A stretch of 64,000 bases of DNA from a bacterium (lineage in GTDB: Bacteria; Patescibacteriota; Microgenomatia; UBA10105; UBA927). The notes below the pieces were generated by a model. That model was not told the origin of the DNA, did not search any database, and was given only the letters and a program-made list of their open reading frames with translations. This document shows, in pieces, positions 50,240 through 59,768 of this stretch (its first letter is position 1; each line of letters starts with the position of its first letter). The position numbers and the translations under genes were made by a program. The DNA is taken from NCBI GenBank assembly GCA_021817785.1, contig JAKAFY010000002.1:11750-75749 (forward strand). Reading direction: 5' to 3'.

Positions 50240-50578
50240 ATGGCATTGGGATTAGAAACATATACACGCCGTCAAATCTTAGGGGTTGATGCGGTGTTGC
50301 TAGAAGAAAGATTAACAGATCTTGCTCGTAGCTTTCGCCTGACACCAGGTCAATACAAAGCTGCGAGGAGTTATGGTGCCGATAGAGCTGCCTCAGTAAC
50401 AGCAAGAACAGCTGAGTTACAAATGCAGGCATTTTTACGTTCTGTAGGACCGCGTTTGGCCACATTGGGGAGGCTTGATGATGATGGAACATTGTTGGAT
50501 GAATACCTGCCTGCTGCCGAACTTATTATTCTTAAAAGCGTACGAAAATCCCATGCGTTAGTAAATGAGTCGGACTGA
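50240..50578 (+). CDS. Hypothetical protein
   Basis: ATG preceded by TATACT. Confidence 0.5.
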   Translation: MALGLETYTRRQILGVDAVLLEERLTDLARSFRLTPGQYKAARSYGADRAASVTARTAELQMQAFLRSVGPRLATLGRLDDDGTLLDEYLPAAELIILKSVRKSHALVNESD

Positions 50579-50664
50579 TTAAGTAGCAAAAGACCATTCA
50601 GTAGAAGATATAGAAATAGAATTCCCCTTGAATTAAAAACTACTATAGGGTATAATAGCCTTCT

Positions 50665-51297
50665 GTGACTCCTACTATACTCGCCATCGTAGGAAAGCCT
50701 CTCGCCGGCAAAGATACCCAAGCCGACTTACTTGTGGCAGCCCACCCCGAAGCCGTCAAAATTTCCACCGGCCATATCCTGCGCGCCGTGCGTGAAGAAG
50801 GGGAGACGCATCGGTTTTGGCCGATTGTAGGGCACCTGATGCCCATGATGGAAGCCGGCCTCAAATTGCCGGATCCCGAGGTCATCGAGATGCTGGGGCG
50901 CGCAATCAGTGAGCAAGTGGCGGAAGGCAAAACACTGTTGGTTATCGCAGGTTCCCCGCGCAGCATTGAGCAGCTGGAAAGCTTTGAAGGGATGGCAAAC
51001 GCGATAGACGGTAAGCTCGTGGTCGTCCATGTCAACGCAACAGATGCCGAAACCTACCGACGAAGCGCCAGCCGCAACGAGGGAAGGGTGGATGATACGC
51101 CGGAGGTGCATGCCGTGCGCCTGAAAGAATACGAAACACATGTCGTGCCGATGGTAGAAAAGTTACGTGCCGACCACAATATAGTGGATATAGACGGGAT
51201 GAAGTCCATAGAGTCCGTATTCCGTGATATGGAACACGTGGTCCGCACCCGCATCCTGGACCCCGAAGTTGCTTTGCCCCGCATGGCCAGGCGGTAA
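50665..51297 (+). CDS. Adenylate-kinase-family NMP kinase, copy 1
   Basis: GKPLAGKDTQ P-loop, ISTGHILR, GSPR, GRVDD. Confidence 0.88.
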   Translation: MTPTILAIVGKPLAGKDTQADLLVAAHPEAVKISTGHILRAVREEGETHRFWPIVGHLMPMMEAGLKLPDPEVIEMLGRAISEQVAEGKTLLVIAGSPRSIEQLESFEGMANAIDGKLVVVHVNATDAETYRRSASRNEGRVDDTPEVHAVRLKEYETHVVPMVEKLRADHNIVDIDGMKSIESVFRDMEHVVRTRILDPEVALPRMARR

Positions 51298-51306
51298 TTC
51301 ACCCGT

Positions 51307-51948
51307 ATGAAACAGCAACCCACCATCATATCTATACTCGGCCGTCCTATGTCCGGCAAAGACACGCAGGCGGCGTTTCTGAAAGAACGCTATCCCGAGG
51401 CAGTCATCCTGTCTACCGGGGCCATGATCCGAGAGGTAAAAGAAACCGGTCCTTCGCATCGGTTTTGGCCCATATTGGGGCAGGAAATAGAGGTCATGGA
51501 CAAAGGCATACTCATCTCCGAAGACGCCATAAACCAGGTGTTTGAACGGGTGGTACACGAGCAGTTGGAAGCCGGAAAAACGCTGATTATCGCTACCGCT
51601 CACCCGCGGACACCAAAGGAGTTGCAGTCGTTTGACGCTATGCTTGCCCGCGAAGGCTTGCAGTTTATCGGGATACATTTGCAGACGTCAGAAGCGTATA
51701 TGCGCAAGCTTCACAAAACGCGGGACGGGAGCAACCGCGCAGATGACGATGTGGCTGTGCTGGATACGCGGACACAGGAATTTGAACACCGTACCAAGCC
51801 CGTTATAGATGCCCTGCGCAGCGAAGGACGCATTGCAGATATCGACGGGGAGGCTTCGAAAGAAATTGTCTATTCACGCGTTTTGGATGTCGTACGTCCG
51901 GCGTTGGGGGATCCTGAAATTACGTTGCCCATGATGGCAAGGAGATAA
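51307..51948 (+). CDS. Adenylate-kinase-family NMP kinase, copy 2
   Basis: GRPMSGKDTQ, LSTGAMIR, HPRT, RADD. Confidence 0.88.
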   Translation: MKQQPTIISILGRPMSGKDTQAAFLKERYPEAVILSTGAMIREVKETGPSHRFWPILGQEIEVMDKGILISEDAINQVFERVVHEQLEAGKTLIIATAHPRTPKELQSFDAMLAREGLQFIGIHLQTSEAYMRKLHKTRDGSNRADDDVAVLDTRTQEFEHRTKPVIDALRSEGRIADIDGEASKEIVYSRVLDVVRPALGDPEITLPMMARR

Positions 51949-51951
51949 CAT

Positions 51952-52338
51952 ATGGGATTGATCGCAGAGGCAAGGTACATGACAAAAGAAGGAAAAGTGA
52001 CGATGGTACCGATCCAGATGAAAATGTCGCCAAAAAACATTTGGAAAATTGGTCCCAAACCGGTCATTCTTTTCAGGGATGACCGATATATGCCGGACTG
52101 CACGCTGCGTTGTAGCCGTACGGAGCATACAGTGTATGTGTACCCCCCGAGTGCAATCTATGAGATACGACCAGATAAGGCATTGCACGGCTTTGTCTAC
52201 GTGAAAATTATGCTTCCCGCCGTGGTTACCGTCCAAGCGGTGCACCCTGGATTCGCATCCACAAATGTACGATCAGGCATAACCTGGCAGATAGACGCAA
52301 AACCAAAAGAGACACATCTGATACGCAGAGAGCAATAA
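51952..52338 (+). CDS. Hypothetical protein
   Basis: ATG 3 bp after the second kinase. Confidence 0.5.
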   Translation: MGLIAEARYMTKEGKVTMVPIQMKMSPKNIWKIGPKPVILFRDDRYMPDCTLRCSRTEHTVYVYPPSAIYEIRPDKALHGFVYVKIMLPAVVTVQAVHPGFASTNVRSGITWQIDAKPKETHLIRREQ

Positions 52339-52819
52339 AAGGCTTGGAAAGTAAAGAAACACGCGTTAGACAATGCTGTGGGGAGCCAAGTCATTATAAA
52401 AGCAGATCATTTTCATGATTTGTGTAACGCCTTCAATAAATTCTCAATAGAAAAAGCTGTATATTGTATTATCTATTGTTTGGACGACGCTTTTTTGGGG
52501 CCGGATTCATTTTAAGGGCATTTTTGGCAGTCACATCATCTGAAAATACAACGGATGGGGCATCACCAGTAAGGTCTACAGTACCGAATTCTTTTCCAAT
52601 TCCTATAATGCTGTCATGACCTGATTTTGTAAGTTGTCTGTTCTCCCCGCCGTTTTCGGCATATAAACGATTTCCTGCTCTTTTTCAATTATTCACTTTT
52701 TTCTCCAGCATGCCGCCAAGTGACGGAAAAGGGTTAATGTGTAATGGATCTAAATCTTTCTGTCCCATAAAGATGTATATTTTACTACATTTGATTGTCG
52801 TATCCAAATACGCACGAAC

Positions 52820-53242
52820 TTATTTCAGTGATTTGAGGTAGGTGTTCAGAAGTTTGAGCGCCTCTTTTTCGCTCCCGTAGACTAATTCCTTTTTTACGGC
52901 CGGGCACCCGCGAAGCATGCGTGAGATGCGTTTGCCCTTTTCATACATAAGGACGACCGGGATACGGTTTCTTCGGGCATATTCGATCTCGATGCCGGTG
53001 CCTGTGGATGGCTCACCCACATAGGCGATCATGATGTCGCTGGTTTCCAGTTCATACGTGTCTATCTGGTACACGCGGGAAGAGGGGACGTCGGGAGCGA
53101 GTTCCGGATCGGTGCCCCGCTGCCACGCCCAGAAATACTCACAGTCGTTTTTGCGCGCCACATGGGCGAGTTTGGTATAAAATCTCTTCGTTTCTTCCGG
53201 ATTTTTGAGGTCCGTAAGCGGTCCGCCAAAAAAGATACGCAT
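52820..53242 (-). CDS. Nucleoside 2-deoxyribosyltransferase/Rcl-like N-hydrolase
   Basis: RIFFGGP, VYQID, SDIMIA, PSTGTGIEIEYA, ISRMLRG. Confidence 0.85.
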   Translation of the reverse strand: MRIFFGGPLTDLKNPEETKRFYTKLAHVARKNDCEYFWAWQRGTDPELAPDVPSSRVYQIDTYELETSDIMIAYVGEPSTGTGIEIEYARRNRIPVVLMYEKGKRISRMLRGCPAVKKELVYGSEKEALKLLNTYLKSLK

Positions 53243-53364
53243 AAGGTGAGTCTCCAACAGAAAGGTAGTATAGCATGAAAAGAGAATGAATGGCCAATAG
53301 CCACGAATTAAGTCAAAAGTGAATTCACAAACTAAACGATAAATACACTTTTATTCTTTTACTA

Positions 53365-53398
53365 TTTGTATTTTTTCCCAATTGGTGGATTTGGCAAA
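53365..53398. promoter_or_regulatory. 34-bp palindromic site, copy 4
   Basis: TTTGTATTTTTTCCCAATTGGTGGATTTGGCAAA. Confidence 0.75.
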
Positions 53399-53407
53399 TG
53401 AGCGGAA

Positions 53408-53749
53408 CTATCGGTTGCGGCTTTTTTGGTGCTGATCGAAATTTGATTGGAATCGCTTGGGAGTAGGTCTAATATTTACTGCCCGCGCTGCCTTATCTTC
53501 ACTTTCGAATTCAACGTGTGGAGTCTTTCCTGTCAGATCAATTGTACCCGTTTCGGAACCAATGCAGATATATGAGCGATGCCCTGCTGTTTGAAGCATG
53601 TGTATTTCTGCGCTGGTGTCCGGGTACACATATTGAGCATCTGATCCCAGGCCTTGACGCCAATTGTGGACTCTTCCTCTCAGAGGTGTTCCCTCTAGCG
53701 ATGGAAATTTGATCGTACGTAGTTCTGGCGGCTGATTTTCGTATATCAT
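53408..53749 (-). CDS. Hypothetical protein
   Basis: 113-aa ATG ORF. Confidence 0.5.
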   Translation of the reverse strand: MIYENQPPELRTIKFPSLEGTPLRGRVHNWRQGLGSDAQYVYPDTSAEIHMLQTAGHRSYICIGSETGTIDLTGKTPHVEFESEDKAARAVNIRPTPKRFQSNFDQHQKSRNR

Positions 53750-53795
53750 GCCGGAAATAATACTACGAAGAATTCTCCTTGTCTATCTACTCATC

Positions 53796-54032
53796 TTACC
53801 GTCTTGACCTAGGGAGATGAAAGGCACCGACGCCCCGTCCGGCAGGTATAACGCTATGAGATTCAACTTTATACCCCTTCAAAGCTAGAATTTTGGATTC
53901 CGTCATTATTCTTGAACTTGTGCGCAAGCCTAGCGTGCCTTTTGCGAATAATCCGGATCCGGATACCGTATACATAAACTCATGAAGTTCGCCGTCATGC
54001 CCTCGGGCCTGGAGGAATATTTTATTTTCCAT
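53796..54032 (-). CDS. Hypothetical protein
   Basis: 78-aa ATG ORF ending LPRSRR. Confidence 0.5.
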   Translation of the reverse strand: MENKIFLQARGHDGELHEFMYTVSGSGLFAKGTLGLRTSSRIMTESKILALKGYKVESHSVIPAGRGVGAFHLPRSRR

Positions 54033-54139
54033 TTACACTACCATTGCAGGCAACAGCTCCCGTTTCAAGATATGTTTTTCTCTAGGTTAGCATGCTATAC
54101 TATACTTCCCTCGAAAAAGGCGGAATAAGGAGGAACTAT

Positions 54140-54556
54140 ATGATCGAAAAAACAGTTGTTCTCATAAAACCTGATGGCATGGAAAAGCATGTCGTAGGAG
54201 CTATTATTGACCGATTTGAACGAGCCGGACTAGTACTTTCCGCATTAAAGCTCGTACAACTGACTCAGCCAATCCTTGATACCTGGTATGCCCATCACAA
54301 AGACAAACCGTTTTTTCCGGAATTATCCAAGCAAATGATGAGTACACCAGTCGTTGCCATGGTTTTGTCAGGCGAAGGTGCGATCCAAAAAGTATTTGAT
54401 ATCTGCGGTCCGACCGACCCAGCCGAGGCCGCCCCCGGCACTATTCGCCGTGACTATGGCGTGGATAAACCACATAACGTAGTCCATCGTTCAGATAGTG
54501 TGGAAGCTGCAGCCAAAGAAATCGGGCTGCTGTTTACCCCTGACGAGTTGCACTGA
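54140..54556 (+). CDS. ndk: Nucleoside diphosphate kinase
   Basis: EKTVVLIKPD, YAHHKDKPFF, GTIRRDY, NVVHRSDS. Confidence 0.96.
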   Translation: MIEKTVVLIKPDGMEKHVVGAIIDRFERAGLVLSALKLVQLTQPILDTWYAHHKDKPFFPELSKQMMSTPVVAMVLSGEGAIQKVFDICGPTDPAEAAPGTIRRDYGVDKPHNVVHRSDSVEAAAKEIGLLFTPDELH

Positions 54557-54613
54557 CGATTATTTTTGTTCTTGCTAGGATTGATCTCCCTGCAGTATAG
54601 TACAGAAAACGGT

Positions 54614-54916
54614 ATGAGCCATAAAAGTCCAGAAGACCGATACTGGTGCGTTTATAGCCTCGAAAAATCACCAGCTGAGGGGATCAGCGGTAATCTGACC
54701 GTCTTTGTTACCCGAACAGGTCGACGTAAAACAACATTTAAATTAATAGTTCCCGCATTTCAAATTGGCGACCTTTATGAACGATTAGACATACAAACGG
54801 AATCGGTATATCATCCGCGATCGGATTATCGGTATCGTAAAGCGACTCGGGATCTTCAACAAATGCTACGGGATTGTCATGCAGAGCGCTATAGACCATT
54901 GCCTTTGGCGGCATGA
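54614..54916 (+). CDS. Hypothetical protein
   Basis: ATG ORF MSHKSPE. Confidence 0.5.
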   Translation: MSHKSPEDRYWCVYSLEKSPAEGISGNLTVFVTRTGRRKTTFKLIVPAFQIGDLYERLDIQTESVYHPRSDYRYRKATRDLQQMLRDCHAERYRPLPLAA

Positions 54917-55318
54917 ACCGCCATGTAGCAGATAAAGGTTACTCGTTAGCAGTATCGGTCAGGTCGATTCGCACATTTGTTGCTACCCATCCATGTTTTG
55001 ACGAACCGATGTAATATTCACCGTCTCCGGCGACATGCGTGTGCCCATGATCCAATATGTATACTATTTCTCCAATGCCGACTTTAAAGAGCGAGATATT
55101 TCGAGAGGGACGAGAGCCATCTAACGTATCAGCCTGTTTCGTTCCAGGGTGAGTTTCTCGACCTCTGTCATAACGACATGTGGCAACCACCTGGTAGTCA
55201 TCTGCAGTATACGTGCGGGTACACTTCTGTCAACGGATGTGTACTGTATCTTACATAGGTAAGAGATAAGGATTTGATATATCCTATAGAAATTGGTACA
55301 CTATACAACTTGTTCAAT

Positions 55319-55738
55319 ATGCATAAACGCGAGTTCGGTTTTGATTATGTTCTTACGCATGAAACGGCAAACGGGGATAAACTTGCTTTTCTCCCGCGTG
55401 GTATTCGTGGATTTAAACTGATCCGTCATGAAGGTGGTGGTGGAGGTCTCCCTGTGGCAGCTCGGGTAGAGCCTGAGGAGGGTGAGAGCGGGACATCCAT
55501 AGAATATATGCTGGAGGAGCATGTATTTTCTATCCTACACGGAACGCATACGGCATTATACCAAGCAAATCTTCGTAGGGATAAACGTATCGGCATGTCG
55601 GAAATGGATGATGAATATATGCGACTGAAAGCCCAAGAGGAAGTCCTCATGGGGCTAGCAAACACCGGGAGACGGATTTTTGAAGGATTTACAAGAACGC
55701 TACTTCCATGGCGCTCATCCGGTATCGGGGCGAGATGA
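55319..55738 (+). CDS. Hypothetical protein
   Basis: ATG ORF MHKREFG. Confidence 0.5.
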   Translation: MHKREFGFDYVLTHETANGDKLAFLPRGIRGFKLIRHEGGGGGLPVAARVEPEEGESGTSIEYMLEEHVFSILHGTHTALYQANLRRDKRIGMSEMDDEYMRLKAQEEVLMGLANTGRRIFEGFTRTLLPWRSSGIGAR

Positions 55739-55754
55739 TTTTTGACGCGGATTA

Positions 55755-56615
55755 TTATTTCAGAATAAGAATGCGCATTGTCTCGATAATGCCATACACC
55801 CCCAACCCGATAAACGCCAAAGCTCCCAAAAATGATACGACTTCATTTTTCACCGCATTGATCGTGCGTGTGGGGGAGAGGAAAAGCGCGATATTAAGGA
55901 GCGTGTGGGCTGCTATGACGCCAATGGCAAAGCCGTAGACGTTGACGACGGAGAAAAGGGGCACGTAACCCGCAAAGTCATCGAGTCCCAGGATAAACGG
56001 CACGGTGACGGCAAATCCGATAAGCCCCATCCAGGTAAGCCCTGCTTTGCCTTTCATTTTCGCCGACAAATCCGGCATGATGCGCAAAAGTATGGGGTCG
56101 ATGAGCTTTTTCACCGGGTCGAGTATGCCGTGCATACCGAAAAATCCTATGCGTTGGGGGAGTGATCCGCTTTGCCACATTTCGAAATGTTCCAGACTGG
56201 CGTGGGCCAGTTCAAACAGCACCAGGGATGCCATAAACACCATAAGGGCAAGCAAAATACTGATATCTTTGAGGAGTACCCACAGGATAATGATGGCGAT
56301 GGTACCCACGGCATTTCCCACTGCCGTGCCGATTTCTATAGCCACACGACTCCGCCAGCCGGGGTTTGCGGCCATCATGCGGCCCATGAATATGGCAAAG
56401 TCGATGCTGGTTTTTAAATAAATCGTGGCTCCTACCACCACATCATACCATCGGAGGTCCAAACGGATGGGTTGGGCGGCGGGAAGGATATTTGCGAAGA
56501 ACAGGGAAGCGTGTAATAGCCCGATGAGACCCGCCATAACGACGAGGGTAAGCGTCAGCGGGATACATTGTGCAAGTATCGGCGATCGGTCTACCCGGTC
56601 CAAAAATGCATCCAT
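55755..56615 (-). CDS. CadD/LysE-superfamily membrane transporter
   Basis: KTSIDFAIF and LGLDDFAGYVPLF repeat motifs; multiple TM segments. Confidence 0.7.
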   Translation of the reverse strand: MDAFLDRVDRSPILAQCIPLTLTLVVMAGLIGLLHASLFFANILPAAQPIRLDLRWYDVVVGATIYLKTSIDFAIFMGRMMAANPGWRSRVAIEIGTAVGNAVGTIAIIILWVLLKDISILLALMVFMASLVLFELAHASLEHFEMWQSGSLPQRIGFFGMHGILDPVKKLIDPILLRIMPDLSAKMKGKAGLTWMGLIGFAVTVPFILGLDDFAGYVPLFSVVNVYGFAIGVIAAHTLLNIALFLSPTRTINAVKNEVVSFLGALAFIGLGVYGIIETMRILILK

Positions 56616-56645
56616 GGGGATATTGTAACACTCACATGTCCAGCT

Positions 56646-56894
56646 TTATTCAATAGCAGTACATCCATATTCACGCTTCTTCGTTCTGCGTCTTGCCTGA
56701 ATGCGTTCGAGTGCAAGTTCCAGACCAATGACAGACTGTTCCATATGATGTAATTCCTCTTTACTATAATCCTCCGGATGTGCGAGAGCTGCACGTAAAT
56801 TGCCTAGGCGCGTAATTGGGCTTTCTCGCGCCGCGTTTGCTTCCGCGTCTACGCGACAATGCCTAGCTTTTTTACAGTGTTCACAGAAAACCAT
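56646..56894 (-). CDS. Small hypothetical protein with CxxC-x4-C
   Basis: MVFCEHCKKARHC. Confidence 0.5.
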   Translation of the reverse strand: MVFCEHCKKARHCRVDAEANAARESPITRLGNLRAALAHPEDYSKEELHHMEQSVIGLELALERIQARRRTKKREYGCTAIE

Positions 56895-57111
56895 AAGGGT
56901 GGGAGTATATCAAAAAAAGAGAGGAAATAAAGTTATAGGCTATAGTATACGTATATTTTGACTAGATATCCTCGGGCACTCTGTGTAGCGCCACCGACAT
57001 GGCGCGATACCTGTCCCATGCGGGGAGAGTAATACATTTGACTGCGATGTCATGCAGAAATAGGCAAAAGTTGGGAAAATGCGCTATACTACACCTTCAT
57101 TTTATATCCCT

Positions 57112-57336
57112 ATGGAACGAAAAATACAACGGAACGGTAACGTGGAATACGTCGTGCAACCTGATGAAGTGAACCGTATGGAAGCGGCTAAAAAAGCCGG
57201 ATTGTGGTTCGTGTTTGCCGGGGGCAAAAAAGGAGGCGTACGACGCGTATGCTTTAACAAACGTAATCCTATAGATGTGGCTGCGGAATCGCTTTTTTGT
57301 TCAAACGCCGCTGATGCAAATGTTTTTCCGGAGTAG
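57112..57336 (+). CDS. Small hypothetical protein
   Basis: MERKIQ ORF. Confidence 0.45.
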   Translation: MERKIQRNGNVEYVVQPDEVNRMEAAKKAGLWFVFAGGKKGGVRRVCFNKRNPIDVAAESLFCSNAADANVFPE

Positions 57337-57371
57337 GGGCGTCACAATATGTTTTCTGCCCATGGTACTTA

Positions 57372-57944
57372 TTAGGCACGTATTGCGAGCTCTGTCATTT
57401 CCGATGATGCGAGCACCACCATAGTGCGTATGGCATCGGAAAATGGAAGCGTTCGGATCGGTCGGACCACAAGCATGGGGTGTTCCTCATGGGGCCTAAA
57501 TGGTACTTCTCGAGGATGGACGAGGGTCCAACAGTGAGCGGGATATTCTCCGTCGGGCGGGTCTTTGGATATATCAGCAATGAGTCCCGTGACTGAGTGC
57601 GCCCATGGGTAGGCAAGCGTGTGCATGTGGATTGCGGGGATATGTTTGGCATGGTGCCGGATAGGAATGATTTTATATTGTGCTCGTTCGGGATCGGCTA
57701 TGGCGAGCAGATCTACCGGAAGCTCTCCATTTGCCATAGCGCGGATCAATTTATCCGCTTCTGGTGAAGGCATGTTTCTTCGCCTGGCAGAAAAATTGAC
57801 GACCTGACATTCCAGTGTATCCAATAAATCTTTCCAGCTCAGAGCAATGTGTGTAGGTAGTTTTTGAATATGTTGGGCTCGTAAAGATTCAAATGTGGGC
57901 ATATAAGAAGGTTGCATCATACAGCGATGCATTTTTTCTGTCAA
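57372..57944 (-). CDS. Hypothetical protein
   Basis: ORF of up to 190 aa; start uncertain. Confidence 0.5.
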   Translation of the reverse strand: MTEKMHRCMMQPSYMPTFESLRAQHIQKLPTHIALSWKDLLDTLECQVVNFSARRRNMPSPEADKLIRAMANGELPVDLLAIADPERAQYKIIPIRHHAKHIPAIHMHTLAYPWAHSVTGLIADISKDPPDGEYPAHCWTLVHPREVPFRPHEEHPMLVVRPIRTLPFSDAIRTMVVLASSEMTELAIRA

Positions 57945-58018
57945 TATAAATCTGTGAGATAGATTACAAATTTGTTTTGATCGTCAGAATGAGCTATAGT
58001 ATGTCTTCTATGCGGAAA

Positions 58019-58357
58019 ATGGGGATAGAATTTGAATTTGATCAGATACTCACCAACCAGCGTCCAACTGATGGGGAGCGCGATATGGCGCGTGCATTGC
58101 GCAATCCGAATAACCATATCGCGGCTCATCAGTCGTATGTGTTTACACACAGCGATGTTCATAAAACAGGGTCATATTATTTTGAGCAACCCCTCACTCC
58201 ACAACAAAGAAAAGAGTATGAGGATAAGGGATTTACGATAACGGATACGGGGTTTATTAAAGATGACGCACCCGTAGCCGCCGGCGTTATCCATAGACCT
58301 AGAGGCAAACAACGGATTGGGGTAAATAGAGGTCTTCCTGTTGATATCATAACCTAA
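58019..58357 (+). CDS. FDxILTxQ-family paralog 1
   Basis: FDQILTNQ. Confidence 0.6.
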   Translation: MGIEFEFDQILTNQRPTDGERDMARALRNPNNHIAAHQSYVFTHSDVHKTGSYYFEQPLTPQQRKEYEDKGFTITDTGFIKDDAPVAAGVIHRPRGKQRIGVNRGLPVDIIT

Positions 58358-58547
58358 CATCATAAATTTCCGCTTTTGAGACATATATATGGGTAGATGT
58401 TGCAGGGCCATGCCCTGCAAGGAGCTACCATCGACACCGTTCTGCGTCTGGCATGAATGTTCGTATAGCGAGATGTAAAGAAAAAGAAAGTACACCCGTG
58501 TGCCACCCGTTGATAATAGGCTTATAGTATGTTAAAATACGCGTTCT

Positions 58548-58889
58548 ATGCCACATAGATCCGAATCACTCTTTGACATGATCTTAACCGGTCAAGCGCC
58601 CCCCCCTCAGGTTGCAGACATGCAGTGTGCTGTTCGTCGTGGGAGTCTGAAAGGAGTATTTGCGCCATATGAACAGTATCGTAATAGGTTTGGCACAATT
58701 TTTATTTATGAAGATGTATTGCCGGAAGACAAGCGGAAAAATTTAGGATTAAGCCATGTCACACATCTCGAAGAAGGCGATGTGATAAAACGAACCAAAG
58801 GCGGGAACTGGGTATTGGATTCAGGGAGTATGGCAACATTTGGGAGAGGTACGGCAAATCACGCCAGGTTTATAAAGAAAAATAAGTAA
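58548..58889 (+). CDS. FDxILTxQ-family paralog 2
   Basis: FDMILTGQ. Confidence 0.65.
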   Translation: MPHRSESLFDMILTGQAPPPQVADMQCAVRRGSLKGVFAPYEQYRNRFGTIFIYEDVLPEDKRKNLGLSHVTHLEEGDVIKRTKGGNWVLDSGSMATFGRGTANHARFIKKNK

Positions 58890-58893
58890 CGAT

Positions 58894-59286
58894 ATGAAAC
58901 GAATAGAAAACGGCCAGAGTATTGTTCGACCACGAAGGATTCGTGATGGAGTAGACATGTTTGATGCGATTTTGACCTATCAGGCATCGTTGCCACAGGT
59001 TCTCAGCATGGAGCGAGCGATACAACGAAGTGCGCTGTCGGGCGGACTTGCCGCGCATCATCATTTTATTGATGGGAAAGGACATCATTATTATTTTAAT
59101 TCGCTTTCTGCCGAAACGATGCGGACCAAAGGTCTTACAGAGATTGGGCCATATATCAACGTAGGGGATGTCTTTCCTGATCCGGGCGGATCAGGAAAAA
59201 TGTATAGGCACGTCGACAAAAAGATACCTGGCAGCGAAATGATCGGAAGGGGCGAGGGGCTTCGGGTAGTGGAAGTAACGGAATGA
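58894..59286 (+). CDS. FDxILTxQ-family paralog 3
   Basis: FDAILTYQ. Confidence 0.65.
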   Translation: MKRIENGQSIVRPRRIRDGVDMFDAILTYQASLPQVLSMERAIQRSALSGGLAAHHHFIDGKGHHYYFNSLSAETMRTKGLTEIGPYINVGDVFPDPGGSGKMYRHVDKKIPGSEMIGRGEGLRVVEVTE

Positions 59287-59488
59287 GTATGTGACCTCCT
59301 TGTTCTTGCAGGTCATAGCCCCGCAAAAAAAAGCAAAAGAAATATAAAGCTAGAATGCTTTATGCAATCATAGAGTCCTTTTGACCGGATAGTAAAAAGA
59401 TCGTTTTGTTGGGTGTAGAAGATGTAGTGGTAACGTGAAAGAGATACAAAATTTGTGTTTCTATATAAAAAATTTACGTACGTTGATT

Positions 59489-59764
59489 ATGTCCAGAAAA
59501 GGCGTCGAGAAATTTATAGGGCATATGGTTACTCGTAGACTAATTAGGCATTATGTCCTGATGGGGAACGTCACTGGTGCACTTAGATTGTATGATCTCG
59601 ATGAAACAGATCGGCAAAATATAAATCGCGCGGTGCATACTCAGCACGACTTGTTGATAACATATGCATTATCAGAGCAGCGCATGCATGAGAGCGAGGT
59701 ATTGGGAAACATAGCATCGAGTTTACAAGGGTATATGGAGTCGCGGTATCCCCGAAAAGAATAG
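59489..59764 (+). CDS. Hypothetical protein
   Basis: ATG ORF MSRKGVE. Confidence 0.5.
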   Translation: MSRKGVEKFIGHMVTRRLIRHYVLMGNVTGALRLYDLDETDRQNINRAVHTQHDLLITYALSEQRMHESEVLGNIASSLQGYMESRYPRKE

Positions 59765-59768
59765 CGAG

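Noticed and set aside
52340-52800. Gene or RNA in the gap before the deoxyribosyltransferase 3' end
   Set aside because: Only short interrupted frames and no clear structure; possibly a decayed orphan but not supportable.
49853-59764. Integron cassette array
   Set aside because: ORFs are on mixed strands and interleaved with core genes; no recurring attC-like site or integrase is seen.
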